From Candidatus Bathyarchaeota archaeon (GTDB taxonomy: Archaea; Thermoproteota; Bathyarchaeia; Bathyarchaeales; Bathycorpusculaceae): a stretch of DNA of 64,000 nucleotides. This document shows, piece by piece, positions 18,208 through 28,644 of the stretch (positions within the stretch are counted from its first letter, which is position 1; each line of letters starts with the position of its first letter). A program made the translations under genes and the position numbers. The DNA is taken from positions 64,001-128,000 of the forward strand of contig CAWABA010000011.1 of the NCBI GenBank assembly GCA_963780185.1. Direction: 5' to 3'. Below the pieces are notes generated by a model. It was given only the letters and a program-made list of their open reading frames with translations. It was not told where the DNA came from and ran no database searches.

Positions 18208-19539
18208 TTAAGAGACTTCGAAAAGACCATTCCATTCTTTCTTAATTTTCCATTTTAGAATGCTATCGCATATAACCTCAAAATGTCTATCAGAAGAATA
18301 TCTTTGATTTTGAGCCATTACGACGTTCAACAAAATCCTTGTGTCCAAAGCCAAAGAAACTTCACTATCAAAAAAGAGATCAGCAATATCAATAAAGGGA
18401 TAAATTGGGTCAGTAAATATTTTTTCGTTTTTCGCCGAACTGGTTTGGAGTTGATACTGTTTTAAGGCAATTCGAAAGGAGCATATTTTTGACTTATCAA
18501 ACCAATCGGAAATAACCGCATATATTTTAATAATTTTGTCATCTGTCTCATTCGAGAATTTATCAGCTTCAAGCAAATCTTTAATTTTATCGCCAATCAT
18601 TGCAGAGCCACACGACTTACATTTGTCAAAAATATCTGTATATGATATATCGGCATCATTCACATACTGTTGTACAGCTCTAAGGCGGATTGCCATTTCA
18701 GGATGATCAAGGGTTTTATGGTAAGGCAATCTCTCGTAATAATTTACAAGTGATAATAGATACATTGGACCAAAGTACTTAGCCGAGAATATGTCCATGA
18801 ATATTTCTGTAATCCATTTTGAGTTGGTTGCTTTATCTTCACTGAGTGTTGGCAATTCAGGGTTAGCATAAAATAAACTCTTAACAAGGTTCTTTTCCCT
18901 GTCCAAAATATGGAATAACTCATGTATCAAAATTGGCCATAGAAGAACGTTTTTGAATTCCCCCCGAATGTACGATATAACATATCCATGCGAAATTTTG
19001 TATCCCTCAAAAATATCCGAAACATCAATCTGAGCCAAGCTACCTGGTTGTGTTATACCTGCTCCAAGCTCTAATCCTACAGAAAGAGGTTCAATAATAG
19101 TTTCCTTAAATGAGTGATTAATAAATTGATTACTTGCTTCTATTATTATTTTTACATCCAAATTTAAATCATCTAAAATCGATTGAACCCAATAATAGAT
19201 TTCAAAAGGTACCATATCTGTTGTTTGATTATTAAAATTCAAGTTGAACCTTTCAACAAGGTTGTAATATTCAACAACTTGCTTAGTCCAGTATTTTCTA
19301 ATAACATCTTCAATGCTAATTTTGCCTCCTCTCTTTTCGATAGTTTCTTGAATATTTGTCGCGGGTTTGATGACAGTTTTCGTTAAAATATTCTTAATAA
19401 TTTTTAGGCCATTTTTGTGGTTATTGGCAGATAAAATTAGATTATTTCTCGCTTGAGGATAAACTACCTCAGCGCTCTTCCATTCATCAATTTCTTTTAT
19501 AATAGAGTCTATGTGATCGCGAAGCGAATCGAGCGGCAT
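18208..19539 (-). CDS. Putative HEXXH zinc metallopeptidase
   Basis: ILIHELFH, distal WITEIFMD..GPMY, HPEMAIRL (M48/gluzincin-like pattern). Confidence 0.7.
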   Translation of the reverse strand: MPLDSLRDHIDSIIKEIDEWKSAEVVYPQARNNLILSANNHKNGLKIIKNILTKTVIKPATNIQETIEKRGGKISIEDVIRKYWTKQVVEYYNLVERFNLNFNNQTTDMVPFEIYYWVQSILDDLNLDVKIIIEASNQFINHSFKETIIEPLSVGLELGAGITQPGSLAQIDVSDIFEGYKISHGYVISYIRGEFKNVLLWPILIHELFHILDREKNLVKSLFYANPELPTLSEDKATNSKWITEIFMDIFSAKYFGPMYLLSLVNYYERLPYHKTLDHPEMAIRLRAVQQYVNDADISYTDIFDKCKSCGSAMIGDKIKDLLEADKFSNETDDKIIKIYAVISDWFDKSKICSFRIALKQYQLQTSSAKNEKIFTDPIYPFIDIADLFFDSEVSLALDTRILLNVVMAQNQRYSSDRHFEVICDSILKWKIKKEWNGLFEVS

Positions 19540-19551
19540 CTTAGTTCGGTC

Positions 19552-20076
19552 CTAAAAAGGAACCGCTACGGCTTTGGAAACATCATAGACTTTGCCAATC
19601 AAATCATGAAGGTCGGTTAATTCCATAATTATCTTATCAGTTTTTTCTTTAGTATTGTTTTTGGAGTCGAAGTGCGCCATTTTTTCCATTATTTTTGTAT
19701 ACGATTCCCTAATACGATCATTATCCCTTTGCGTTAAAGCCGAAGGGCCCATAGCGCTTACTGACAAGTCATGCGGTTCTTTGCAAAAGTTTATGAAATA
19801 TTGTAATTCTGTCGATTGAATTTCATAATCATTTAAAAGTTCCAATCCAGTGATTCCTGTTGACAGTGTGAATAGGAATCTCTCTAATTTGGGTAAAGAT
19901 GCCATAGACTCATCATCCTCGATAGTTACTAATAGTTTATTTTCGGTATACACCGTTAAACCAATTATTAAAGGGTGCACTTGGGATATAACAATTGCTA
20001 TGACTCTTTTACGGACAAAATTAAACAGATAAGAAATCCTAATAGCAATTTTTTTGCTAATCTTATCATAAGTCAA
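19552..20076 (-). CDS. Hypothetical helical protein
   Basis: 174-aa ORF ending 12 bp before the HEXXH gene start; own start uncertain. Confidence 0.55.
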   Translation of the reverse strand: MTYDKISKKIAIRISYLFNFVRKRVIAIVISQVHPLIIGLTVYTENKLLVTIEDDESMASLPKLERFLFTLSTGITGLELLNDYEIQSTELQYFINFCKEPHDLSVSAMGPSALTQRDNDRIRESYTKIMEKMAHFDSKNNTKEKTDKIIMELTDLHDLIGKVYDVSKAVAVPF

Positions 20077-20185
20077 AAATTACCAATCTTTAATTAAATA
20101 GAGAATAATGTTAATTTAGCGAATTATGTTTGCCTCATGTTATGACGGAATGCGGGAAAGAGTCTTATGTAGCAATTTCAAGAAT

Positions 20186-20230
20186 CTGGTGGATCGTGCT
20201 TGCAGGGGTTCGAATCCCTTCCCGGCGCCA
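20186..20230 (+). repeat. attR: copy of the tRNA-Ser 3' half
   Basis: CTGGTGG...GCAGGGGTTCGAATCCCTTCCCGGCGCCA matches 16914-16961 with a degenerate variable arm. Confidence 0.92.
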
Positions 20231-20283
20231 ATCGCTATTTCCACTGTTTCTAGTTTGAATCGACTTTGAGACCGTAGATTCTG

Positions 20284-20604
20284 TTAAGACTGTGGCGTGA
20301 GGGATTCTGCCCATTCTCGGATTGTGTTGAAAACGGGGAGAAATGCTTTTCCGTGCGGGGTCAATGCGTATTCGACTCTGGGCGGCACTTCGGGGTACAC
20401 TGTGCGGGTTATGATTTTGTTTTCTTCAAGGTCTCTCAGATGTTTGGTTATGGTTTTTGAGTTGACGTCGCCCATTCTTCTTTGGAGTTCAGAAAACCTG
20501 AGTTTACCGTCTTTGAGGCTCCAAATGATGAATAGGTTCCACTTGCTGCCTATGATTTCCAGTACTTTGTTGAAGTGTAAATGTGCCTTGTTTTCTGATT
20601 CCAC
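20284..20604 (-). CDS. HxlR-family transcriptional regulator
   Basis: IGSKW, LRFSEL, YPEVPPRVEYALT. Confidence 0.93.
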   Translation of the reverse strand: MESENKAHLHFNKVLEIIGSKWNLFIIWSLKDGKLRFSELQRRMGDVNSKTITKHLRDLEENKIITRTVYPEVPPRVEYALTPHGKAFLPVFNTIREWAESLTPQS

Positions 20605-20831
20605 TTGATTTTCTCCTTTAGTTACTTATTGGAAACAGCATTACAAATTGCCTACTATGTTACTATTTCACGTCTGGGGTACTTAAGTATTCCCAAGGTC
20701 CATGAAAGTAGCTGGCTAAGCAAAGGTGCCAAAATGATTGTACTAAACAAAAAACCCAGAATTCAACCAACCTACCCCAAGAAAAGTCAACGTCAACCAA
20801 CGACACAATCATTGACAAGAAGGCACCTCAT

Positions 20832-21680
20832 ATGACAGTTGACATATACTATTTTTCAGGAACAGGCAATTCGCTAGCTGTCGCCAGAGACATTGCAGAA
20901 AAAACCCATGGAAACCTGATATCCATACCCTCAGTCATGAATAAAGACAAGATAAGAACCGATGCTGAGGTCGTCGGAGTTGTTTTTCCCGTTCACGGAA
21001 TTTTCCGCATTCCTTCAATAGTTGAAAGATTTGTTGGGAAGCTGGACGGCGTCGGTTCAAAGTACATTTTTGCGGTCACCACGTATGGGAACATGGCTGG
21101 CGGGGTCATCAAGAGTTTTCGTAAAGTGGTTGAATCTTGCGGCGGCAAGCTTTCAGCCGGGTTCGCGGTGCATATGCCCATGAACAACATCACCATTCCC
21201 TTCTACAGCGGGATGGTTGGAGATAAAGAACAAAAGTTATTCACAAACTGGCGGGAAAAAAGCGGTTTCATCTTTGAATATGTGAACGCTCGGAAAGAAG
21301 GCAGGTTTGAAGCCACCAACAAGCTGCTTGTTTCCTTGTTTTATCCTCTTGACAAAGTATTTGCCCGGTGGTTAATTGAAAGCAAATACAACAAACTTAC
21401 AAACTCGCATCTAACCAAAGATGAGCTCTGGCCTATGATGGATGTCAGCTTCCACTCTGACGAGAAATGCGACGGCTGCGGCGTATGCTCAAGAATCTGC
21501 CCTGTGAAAAACATAAAAATGGTTGACGAAACACCCGTGTGGCAACGTCACTGCGAACGGTGCATGGCATGTTTACAATGGTGCCCGAAGGAAGCTATAG
21601 AATTTGATAAGGATTCTGTTGGCAGGGAAAGGTATCATCATCCAGACGTAGGGCTCTCCGACATGCTGCAGGATACTTAA
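20832..21680 (+). CDS. EFR1-family flavodoxin/ferredoxin protein
   Basis: YFSGTGNS flavodoxin start, two CxxCxxCxxxCP motifs, RYHHP. Confidence 0.9.
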   Translation: MTVDIYYFSGTGNSLAVARDIAEKTHGNLISIPSVMNKDKIRTDAEVVGVVFPVHGIFRIPSIVERFVGKLDGVGSKYIFAVTTYGNMAGGVIKSFRKVVESCGGKLSAGFAVHMPMNNITIPFYSGMVGDKEQKLFTNWREKSGFIFEYVNARKEGRFEATNKLLVSLFYPLDKVFARWLIESKYNKLTNSHLTKDELWPMMDVSFHSDEKCDGCGVCSRICPVKNIKMVDETPVWQRHCERCMACLQWCPKEAIEFDKDSVGRERYHHPDVGLSDMLQDT

Positions 21681-21731
21681 TGTCACCTCACTATTTTTGA
21701 AGCGCATTCTTGCCGTGAACCAACTTGAATT

Positions 21732-21977
21732 ATGGTTAATTTTATATCTAAATTGAATATTATTTTTATTATGAGCGGGCTAGGCAAGATGGAAAAGATT
21801 GCTGAAGGCGTCAGTGACTTTGGTGATTTTAAGGCTGCTTTGTTTAGGACATCTGACGGCCGCTATTTTGTACGTTTTGAGCCTTTGAACAGCTCGGAAA
21901 AAGCGCATGTTGAGTGGTTGCCCGGCGACGAATATTTGGAGTGGCTCAGATGCTGGGGCGAATGCGCCGCAACATGA
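21732..21977 (+). CDS. Small hypothetical protein (start may be 21771 or 21788)
   Basis: Short ORF, LFRTSDGRYFV. Confidence 0.5.
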   Translation: MVNFISKLNIIFIMSGLGKMEKIAEGVSDFGDFKAALFRTSDGRYFVRFEPLNSSEKAHVEWLPGDEYLEWLRCWGECAAT

Positions 21978-22046
21978 AAAACTGAAAAAGTAAGTTGGCT
22001 CGAAAAAAGCCGAGCGCTGCAAGAAGCTTGGTTTGAGTCGTAGATG

Positions 22047-23901
22047 TTATTCTGTCATGTATGTGATGTCGTCCCATGGGTGCCTGTAGAGTCCTTGTTT
22101 TAGCCGTTTCTGGTCCAAGTAGTGCCCTGTCATGCCGATGGTTCTGCCCACCACGAACAAGCCGTTGAGGGCGCCCATCTTGATGTATTCGTCGGCTTCC
22201 TGCTTGGGCATCTCGTTCCGTAGCATGTCGACAAAGCAGATTCCGATGCATCCGTCAACGTTTAGGATGAGGTTGTCTTTCTTGGCTGGTGGTGATCTTC
22301 TCGACTTCAAGTGCGTAATCCAGAAGCGGGGTAGCCTTGAAATGTTTCTTGGCGTACTCCTTCATGATGGTCACGCGCATGTCAGGGTTATTTATGCTCT
22401 TTATGAGGTGCCCGATGCCTTGGATGTTTTCGCCCTTCCGCTTCATCTCCTCAACGAAGTCGGCTGGACTTAAACCCCTGTCGTATGCGTCTGAGAAGCT
22501 TTGGGCTGCTCCGTCGATGGCTCCTCCGAACCTTGGGCCGATGGTAAGCATGCCGCTTGCAACTGAAGAAATCAGGTCCTTGCCTGCCCTCGCTGCAACT
22601 ATTGTGTTGTGGGCGCCTGAAACTGCGGGTCCATGGTCAGCCGTAACCATTATCGCCATCTCGATGAACTTGGTTGCGTAAGCTGGAAGCTGACGTTTGA
22701 ACCATAGGATGCTTAGTACGCCGCCGATTCCAATGTCTTTTTTGAAGACCTCGGAGATAGGCATGTTGCCGTAAAGCAGTTCTTCGCCTCGGTCGTCGGA
22801 TATGGTGCAGATAAAGTTAGAGGGCTTCCTGATTACGCCTTCCTTTAGCGCCTTCGCGTAATCCATGGGGATTCTGGGCGCGGGCGGTTCAGACTTTGGC
22901 GTTATAACGCCTTCCCGAACAAGCCTTTGGTACGTTTCTTTTATCTTTTGGTCGTAGTCGTCGTATGAGTCGGGAACTATTGCGCCTGCCTTCTTAAGAG
23001 CTGCATTTTTTGCGTCAGCAGTTTCTGACTCGCAGCCTGCTTTCGCGCCGGCGTGTCCGAATTGAACTTCGGTTTTGAATGCTTTGGAGCAGGTTCCTGT
23101 AACCCAAATCACCAGCGGCTTTGTTATCTTCTTTGTTTTGAGAGCCTCGGCAATCTCGTATTCGCCGCTGCCGCCCACTTCGCCTAGGCACACAAGCATC
23201 TTGATTTCGGGGATGCTTTCGAACCTGAGAAGGTGATCAAGCAAGGTGGAACCGGGGTAGGTGTCGCCGCCGATTGCGATGCCTTCGTATAAGCCGTCCG
23301 TGTTTCTGGCAATGATGTTGTATGCCTCATTGCTCAAGCCGCCTGATTTGGAAACGAACCCCACGGAGCCTGGCCTGTGAAGTTTGGATTCAACGATGTT
23401 TTCAAGGGTGCCGCCTGCGTTCCCGATTTTGAAGCAGCCAGCTTTTACTCCTCCGACAGTCGCAGGTCCAATGATGACTTTTCCAAGAGCTTTAGCCTTG
23501 GCGGTAAGCAGTTTCATCCGCCGCTCTGGGACGCCTTCGGCGATTATCACGACGGTTCGGATCTGCGGTATGGCTAAGGCTTCCTCAGTTGAGGGCGCGG
23601 CTGACCTAAAAGACGCAAAATTTATCATCACGTCAACTTTTGGGTGCATCTGCGCCGCTTTCTCAATGGTTTTGTACATTGGTATTAGGATTTCCCGTTT
23701 GCCGAAGAAGAATTTTGAGTAGCTGTCTGCGCCAGTGGGGTTGATTATTGCGGCGACGGATGGTTTTGCGCGTCCTGACGCGTAGTCAAAGTCCAGCATT
23801 CTCTGTGTTGCCGCGGCTTGATTATTGTAGATGAATGATTGGGTTTCTTTGTCGAATAGTTCGTTGGGGTTTGTTTTTTTGGCTGGGTCTGTTTTGGGCA
23901 T
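22047..23901 (-). CDS. aclA: ATP citrate lyase alpha subunit (frameshift ~22288)
   Basis: [21 protein letters not shown] phospho-His, [13 protein letters not shown]; second frame NLILNVDG...LYRHPWDDI. Confidence 0.93.
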
Positions 23902-23902
23902 T

Positions 23903-25222
23903 TCATTTTGCTCCTTTCAGCGCCATCGAAACGATTTTGGTCATGTGGGTTTCTGGCCCATAAACTTCAATGGGCACTCCGAGTTTTTCGCCGAGTTCCC
24001 TCATCTGGCATAGACCCTCTTGGTAGTTGGGTCCGCCTCTGCGCACGTAAATCTTAACCTTGTTCTCCTGCAGGTTCTTCTGGAACTCTTTGAGGGCTTT
24101 GATTATGCCTTTGAACGTGGCGGCGACGTCGGTGAAATTCGCTATTCCTCCGCCTATAAGCAGGAACTTGCCCTTCGGATGCGGCTTTCGGGTCATGAGG
24201 TCAAGGATTGTTTTCGCATAAAGATACGTGAATTCCTCGCTTGGGTCCCCTGAGTACTCGCCGTAATTAGCCAATTCATTCATGAAGCCAAGGTCGGTGA
24301 TGGTGTCGGCGTAGATGACTGAGGCGCCGCCGCCTGCAACCATTGTCCAGACTCTTCCTTCGGGGTTGAGAACTGTCAATTTGAGGGAAGCCCCCGTTTT
24401 TGAGTCCAAGTCTTCGATGAAGGCTTCTTCTTTGCTTAAGGCTCTGCCGAAAGGTGCTGGAAACTCGATGTTGCCCCATTTTGAGCCGCTTTCAAACTCT
24501 GCTGTGCTGTCCAACTTTGCGGCAAGGTCCAAGGGGACGATTGCATTCTTTGTTACTACAAACGGGTTAATCTCTAGGTAAGTGAAGTTTAGGTCCGCGT
24601 AGAATTTGAAAAGCGCTTCGATGAAGCCCGCAAGGTGATTTTTGCAGTTGGCGGATACTTTTTCTAGGAGTTTTTTCTGGATTTCCGCGGAGCTTGGATA
24701 TGTGCCGATTGGTACTTCTAGGCGCGATGCCTTGCTGTCCACGTCTCCGACGTTTACTCCGCCTTCATGGTAGAACAAGATGGTGTCGCCGTTCTTGTTG
24801 GCGGTGATGGCAAGGTAGCATTCATCTGAATCTTTATGCGGCGTCATCGGCTCGATGATGAAGTGTGTCAGTTGCCCCACGGTTCCTTTGCCCACGGGTT
24901 TGCCGTCGGAGTCAAAGCTGCCGTAGACAGTTATCGGTTCTTTGGATTTTTCTTCTATCCACTCTTTGGCTTGGTTGAAGTCTGCGTTGATAAGGATAAG
25001 CTTGTTTTTTCCTCGGCGTTTTATCAGCTGGTCGGGTTTAACAACCAGCTTTTCAGTGTTCAGCCACCCATATTGCTTGGGCAGCTTAGCCAAATCCGTG
25101 CTGGGTCCTACACTGATTATTTTGTCTGAGACCGAGTATTTTCCTTCAGAGTAATCTTTGAGCAGACGTGCAAGCATGCATTTTCCGTCAGCCTCTCGGA
25201 TTGCTTTATGAGCCATTCCCAT
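23903..25222 (-). CDS. aclB: ATP citrate lyase beta subunit
   Basis: KPDQLIKRRGK, AGGGASV, NYGEYSG, GGIANFT, RRGGPNY. Confidence 0.95.
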   Translation of the reverse strand: MGMAHKAIREADGKCMLARLLKDYSEGKYSVSDKIISVGPSTDLAKLPKQYGWLNTEKLVVKPDQLIKRRGKNKLILINADFNQAKEWIEEKSKEPITVYGSFDSDGKPVGKGTVGQLTHFIIEPMTPHKDSDECYLAITANKNGDTILFYHEGGVNVGDVDSKASRLEVPIGTYPSSAEIQKKLLEKVSANCKNHLAGFIEALFKFYADLNFTYLEINPFVVTKNAIVPLDLAAKLDSTAEFESGSKWGNIEFPAPFGRALSKEEAFIEDLDSKTGASLKLTVLNPEGRVWTMVAGGGASVIYADTITDLGFMNELANYGEYSGDPSEEFTYLYAKTILDLMTRKPHPKGKFLLIGGGIANFTDVAATFKGIIKALKEFQKNLQENKVKIYVRRGGPNYQEGLCQMRELGEKLGVPIEVYGPETHMTKIVSMALKGAK

Positions 25223-25229
25223 CTCCCCT

Positions 25230-26444
25230 TCATTGAAGCTTCTTTAGTCTTTTGGCAACCTCAGCTATAAACTCCTCTGTGTACACCTGACGGTTACTCG
25301 GATTGGGTATGACAACCTGCATCAAATCGCCAGTTAAAACCCCGCTTTCAACCGTCTGCAAAGCAGCTTTCTCAAGTTTCTCCGCGAACGCAACAACTTC
25401 GGGCGTCTTGTCAAGTTCGCCTCGCTTTCTTAGGCATCCGCTCCAAGCGAATATCAGCGCCATGGGGTTGCTTGATGTTTTTTCGCCTTTAAGGTACTTG
25501 TAATAGTGTTTCTGGACGGTGCCGTGGGAGGCTTCAAACTCGTAGTATCCCTGTGGGCTAACGAGGACTGAGGTCATCATTGCCAGGCTGCCGTAGGCTG
25601 AGCCTAACATGTCGCTCATGACGTCGCCGTCGTAGTTTTTGCATGCCCAAAGGAGTCCGCCTTCAGACTTCATTATTCGGGCAACTGCGTCGTCGATCAA
25701 CGTGAAGAAGTACTGCAGCCCCGCCGCTTCAAACTTGCTCTTCCAGCTCTTCTGGTACTCGTCCTCGAATATTTTGCGGAACTCCCCGTCGTAAGTCTTG
25801 GAAATCGTGTCTTTGGCGCCAAACCACAAATGAAGCTTCTGGTCGTATGCGTAGGTGAAGCATGCTTTGGCGAAGCTTTCGATGGATTTGTCGGTGTTGT
25901 GAATGCCCTGAATCACGCCTGGACCCTTGAAGTCCTGGATTGTTCCACGGAACAGCTCCTTGCCCGCCGCGTTTGTGAACGTCAATTCGGCTTTTCCTAC
26001 TTCTGGAACCCGAAACTCAAGGTTCTTGTACACGTCGCCGTAGGCGTGTCTGCCGATATGGATGGGTTTTTTCCATGAGCGAACCGCAGGCGGAATGGTG
26101 CTGACAAGGATTGGCGCCCGAAAAACCGTGCCGTCCAAGGCGGCTCTGATTGTGCCGTTGGGGCTGCTCCACTCTTTTTTGAGGTTGTATTCTTTTACGC
26201 GGTCTTTGTTCGGGGTGATGGTGGCGCATTTGACGCCGACACCGTACTTCTTTATGGCTTCTGCCGCTTCAAGGGTTATTTTGTCGTCTGTTTCGTCTCT
26301 AACTTTGAGTTGCAGGTCGTAGTACACGAGGTTCATGTCTAGGTACGGTTGAAGAAGTTGATCTTTGACCATTTTCCACATTACGCGGGTCATTTCGTCT
26401 CCGTCTATTTCGACGATCGGTGTCTTCACTTTTATTTTGGCCAT
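25230..26444 (-). CDS. icd: NADP-dependent isocitrate dehydrogenase (type II)
   Basis: DGDEMTR, KCATITP, SPNGTIR, KNYDGDV, EASHGTV. Confidence 0.96.
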   Translation of the reverse strand: MAKIKVKTPIVEIDGDEMTRVMWKMVKDQLLQPYLDMNLVYYDLQLKVRDETDDKITLEAAEAIKKYGVGVKCATITPNKDRVKEYNLKKEWSSPNGTIRAALDGTVFRAPILVSTIPPAVRSWKKPIHIGRHAYGDVYKNLEFRVPEVGKAELTFTNAAGKELFRGTIQDFKGPGVIQGIHNTDKSIESFAKACFTYAYDQKLHLWFGAKDTISKTYDGEFRKIFEDEYQKSWKSKFEAAGLQYFFTLIDDAVARIMKSEGGLLWACKNYDGDVMSDMLGSAYGSLAMMTSVLVSPQGYYEFEASHGTVQKHYYKYLKGEKTSSNPMALIFAWSGCLRKRGELDKTPEVVAFAEKLEKAALQTVESGVLTGDLMQVVIPNPSNRQVYTEEFIAEVAKRLKKLQ

Positions 26445-26459
26445 TTTAACTGTTCTCCT

Positions 26460-28398
26460 TTAGTTTTGCTTGACTGTGTATGGGAGCAAGCCGCCCGCGA
26501 AAAGAATGTCCTTCTGTCGCTGGGAAAGGCTGTAGGCAAGCGGAATTTTCAAGTTCTTGGTTTTGTCAACTAGAACCATGGGTTCGCTGTTTTGGAGTTT
26601 CTTTTTGAGGTCTGGAATTTCAATTTCGTCGCCTTGACTCAGCTTGTTGTAGTCAGCCATGTCTTTGAAAGATAGAGGGATTATGCCGAAGTTCACTAGG
26701 TTTGCCGCGTGTATGCGCTCGATTGATTGGGCTATGATTGCTTTGACGCCGAGGTACATTGGGCACAGTGCAGCGTGTTCTCTGGAGCTTCCTTGACCGT
26801 ATGATTCGCCGGCAACTATGACGGTGTGGAGCCCCTTCTTTTTTGCTTCCATGGCTCTTTTGGGGAACGCTGGGTCGATCGGTTCAAAGACGTACTCTGA
26901 ATATTTGGGCACGTTGGATCGGTACTTTAGTCTGGCTCCTGCAGGCATTATGTGGTCAGTTGTGATTTTGTCCCCGACTTTTATGCCGACGACGCCTTTG
27001 ATTTGATCGGGCATTTCGTCGTTAGTTGGAGGTGCGCCGATGTTTGGTCCCCTTGCGATTTCGACGTTTTTGTCGGCGTCTTTTGGGAAGATAAACATGG
27101 AGTCGTCAACGAGGAATTTGCTTGGCATGTTAACTTTGGGGTAGTCGATGCCTGCCGTTCTTGGGTCAGTGAACTTACCTGTGATTGCCGCGACAGCTGC
27201 CACTTCAGGGCTTACAAGGTAAACCTGCGCGTCCGCTGTGCCGCTTCTGCCTTCAAAGTTTCTGTTGCTTGTCCTCAGAGAAACGCCCGTTGACTGGGGG
27301 CTTTGGCTGTTGCCGATGCAGAAACCGCACGCTGCCTCAAGCAGTCTAGCGCCGGAATCCAGCAGGTCAACGATGTAGCCGTCCCTTGCCGCCATCTGCA
27401 GGACCTGACGTGAGCCTGGCGCGACGCCGAAAGAAACGTCTGGGTGAACTTTTCTGCCTTTCATAATCTTGGCGACAGTGGCTATTTCTTTGTAAGAGGA
27501 GTTGGTGCATGAACCAAGCATGACTTGGTCGACTTTGACGTCTTTCATGTCGCTGACGCGAACCACGTTTCCCGGGCTGTGCGGCGCTGCAGCTAAGAGG
27601 CTCCAACTCACCAAGGTCAAGGTCCACGACCCTGTCGTATTGTGCGTCATCGTCGGCTTTGAGTTCAACCCAATCGGCTTCTCTGCCCTGCGCTTTGAGG
27701 AACTTTTTCGTCTCCTCATCCGAGGGAAAGATAGAGGTGGTGACGCCCATTTCTGCACCCATGTTTGTGATTGTGGCTCTCTCGGGAACCGTGAGGCTCT
27801 TAACTCCGGGTCCAGCGTACTCCATGACGACGCCGACGTTGCCTTTTACCGTGAATATTTCAAGCATTTTTAGGACGACGTCTTTGGCGGTGACCCATGG
27901 TTTGAGGTTGCCCTTCAGGTTTATCTTGTAGACTTTTGGGCAGGTCAGGTAGAATTCGCCTCCGCCCATCGCAACCGCAACGTCTAATCCGCCTGCTCCA
28001 ATCGCCATCATGCCGATGCCTCCGCCTGTGGTTGTGTGGCTGTCAGAGCCGAGAAGGGTTTTTCCAGGCTTACCGAACCGTTCCAAGTGGACTTGGTGAC
28101 ATATTCCGTTTCCAGCCTTTGAATAAATGATGCCGTATTTGGCCGCTACAGTTTGCAGGTACTTGTGGTCGTCGGCGTTCTCGAAGCCTACTTGAATGGT
28201 GTTGTGGTCGACGTAGCTTACGGAAAGCTCGGTTTTGACCTGTTTTAAACCCATTGCTTCGAACTGCAGGTAAGCCATTGTCCCAGTGGCATCCTGTGTG
28301 AGGGTTTGATCAATTTTTATCCCTATTTCGTTTCCCGGAACGTACTCGCCTACTACGAGGTGCTTTTCAAGTATTTTTCTAGTAAGGGACTTACCCAT
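26460..28398 (-). CDS. acn: Aconitate hydratase (frameshift ~27594)
   Basis: QDATGT, GICHQ, DSHT, GSCTN, CGFCIG, NRNFEGR, TTDHI, GSSREHA. Confidence 0.93.
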
Positions 28399-28644
28399 AG
28401 ATGACTCGTCCTATGGAAAGGTTTGTTTTTCTTATGTGTATATAAAGGTTGTCAATTTATGGGAGATCAGCATTCGCGTATTTACTTAAACCGAAATTCC
28501 CCGCATTAATCGCGACTTAAAAAACGCCGACCCGAAAAACGAGCTGAACCAGCGTTCAGGACTTTTCTTAAGGTTCGGAGGCGCCCATTGGACGGCTCCT
28601 CAGCAAAAACTAAATTGTAAGGATGCGATTATGTCACAGACATC

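Larger units (their letters stand above)
16962..20230. mobile_element. AT-rich genomic island integrated at tRNA-Ser, no integrase recognised
   Basis: Bounded by a direct repeat of the tRNA 3' half; visibly AT-rich; four accessory ORFs. Confidence 0.82.
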
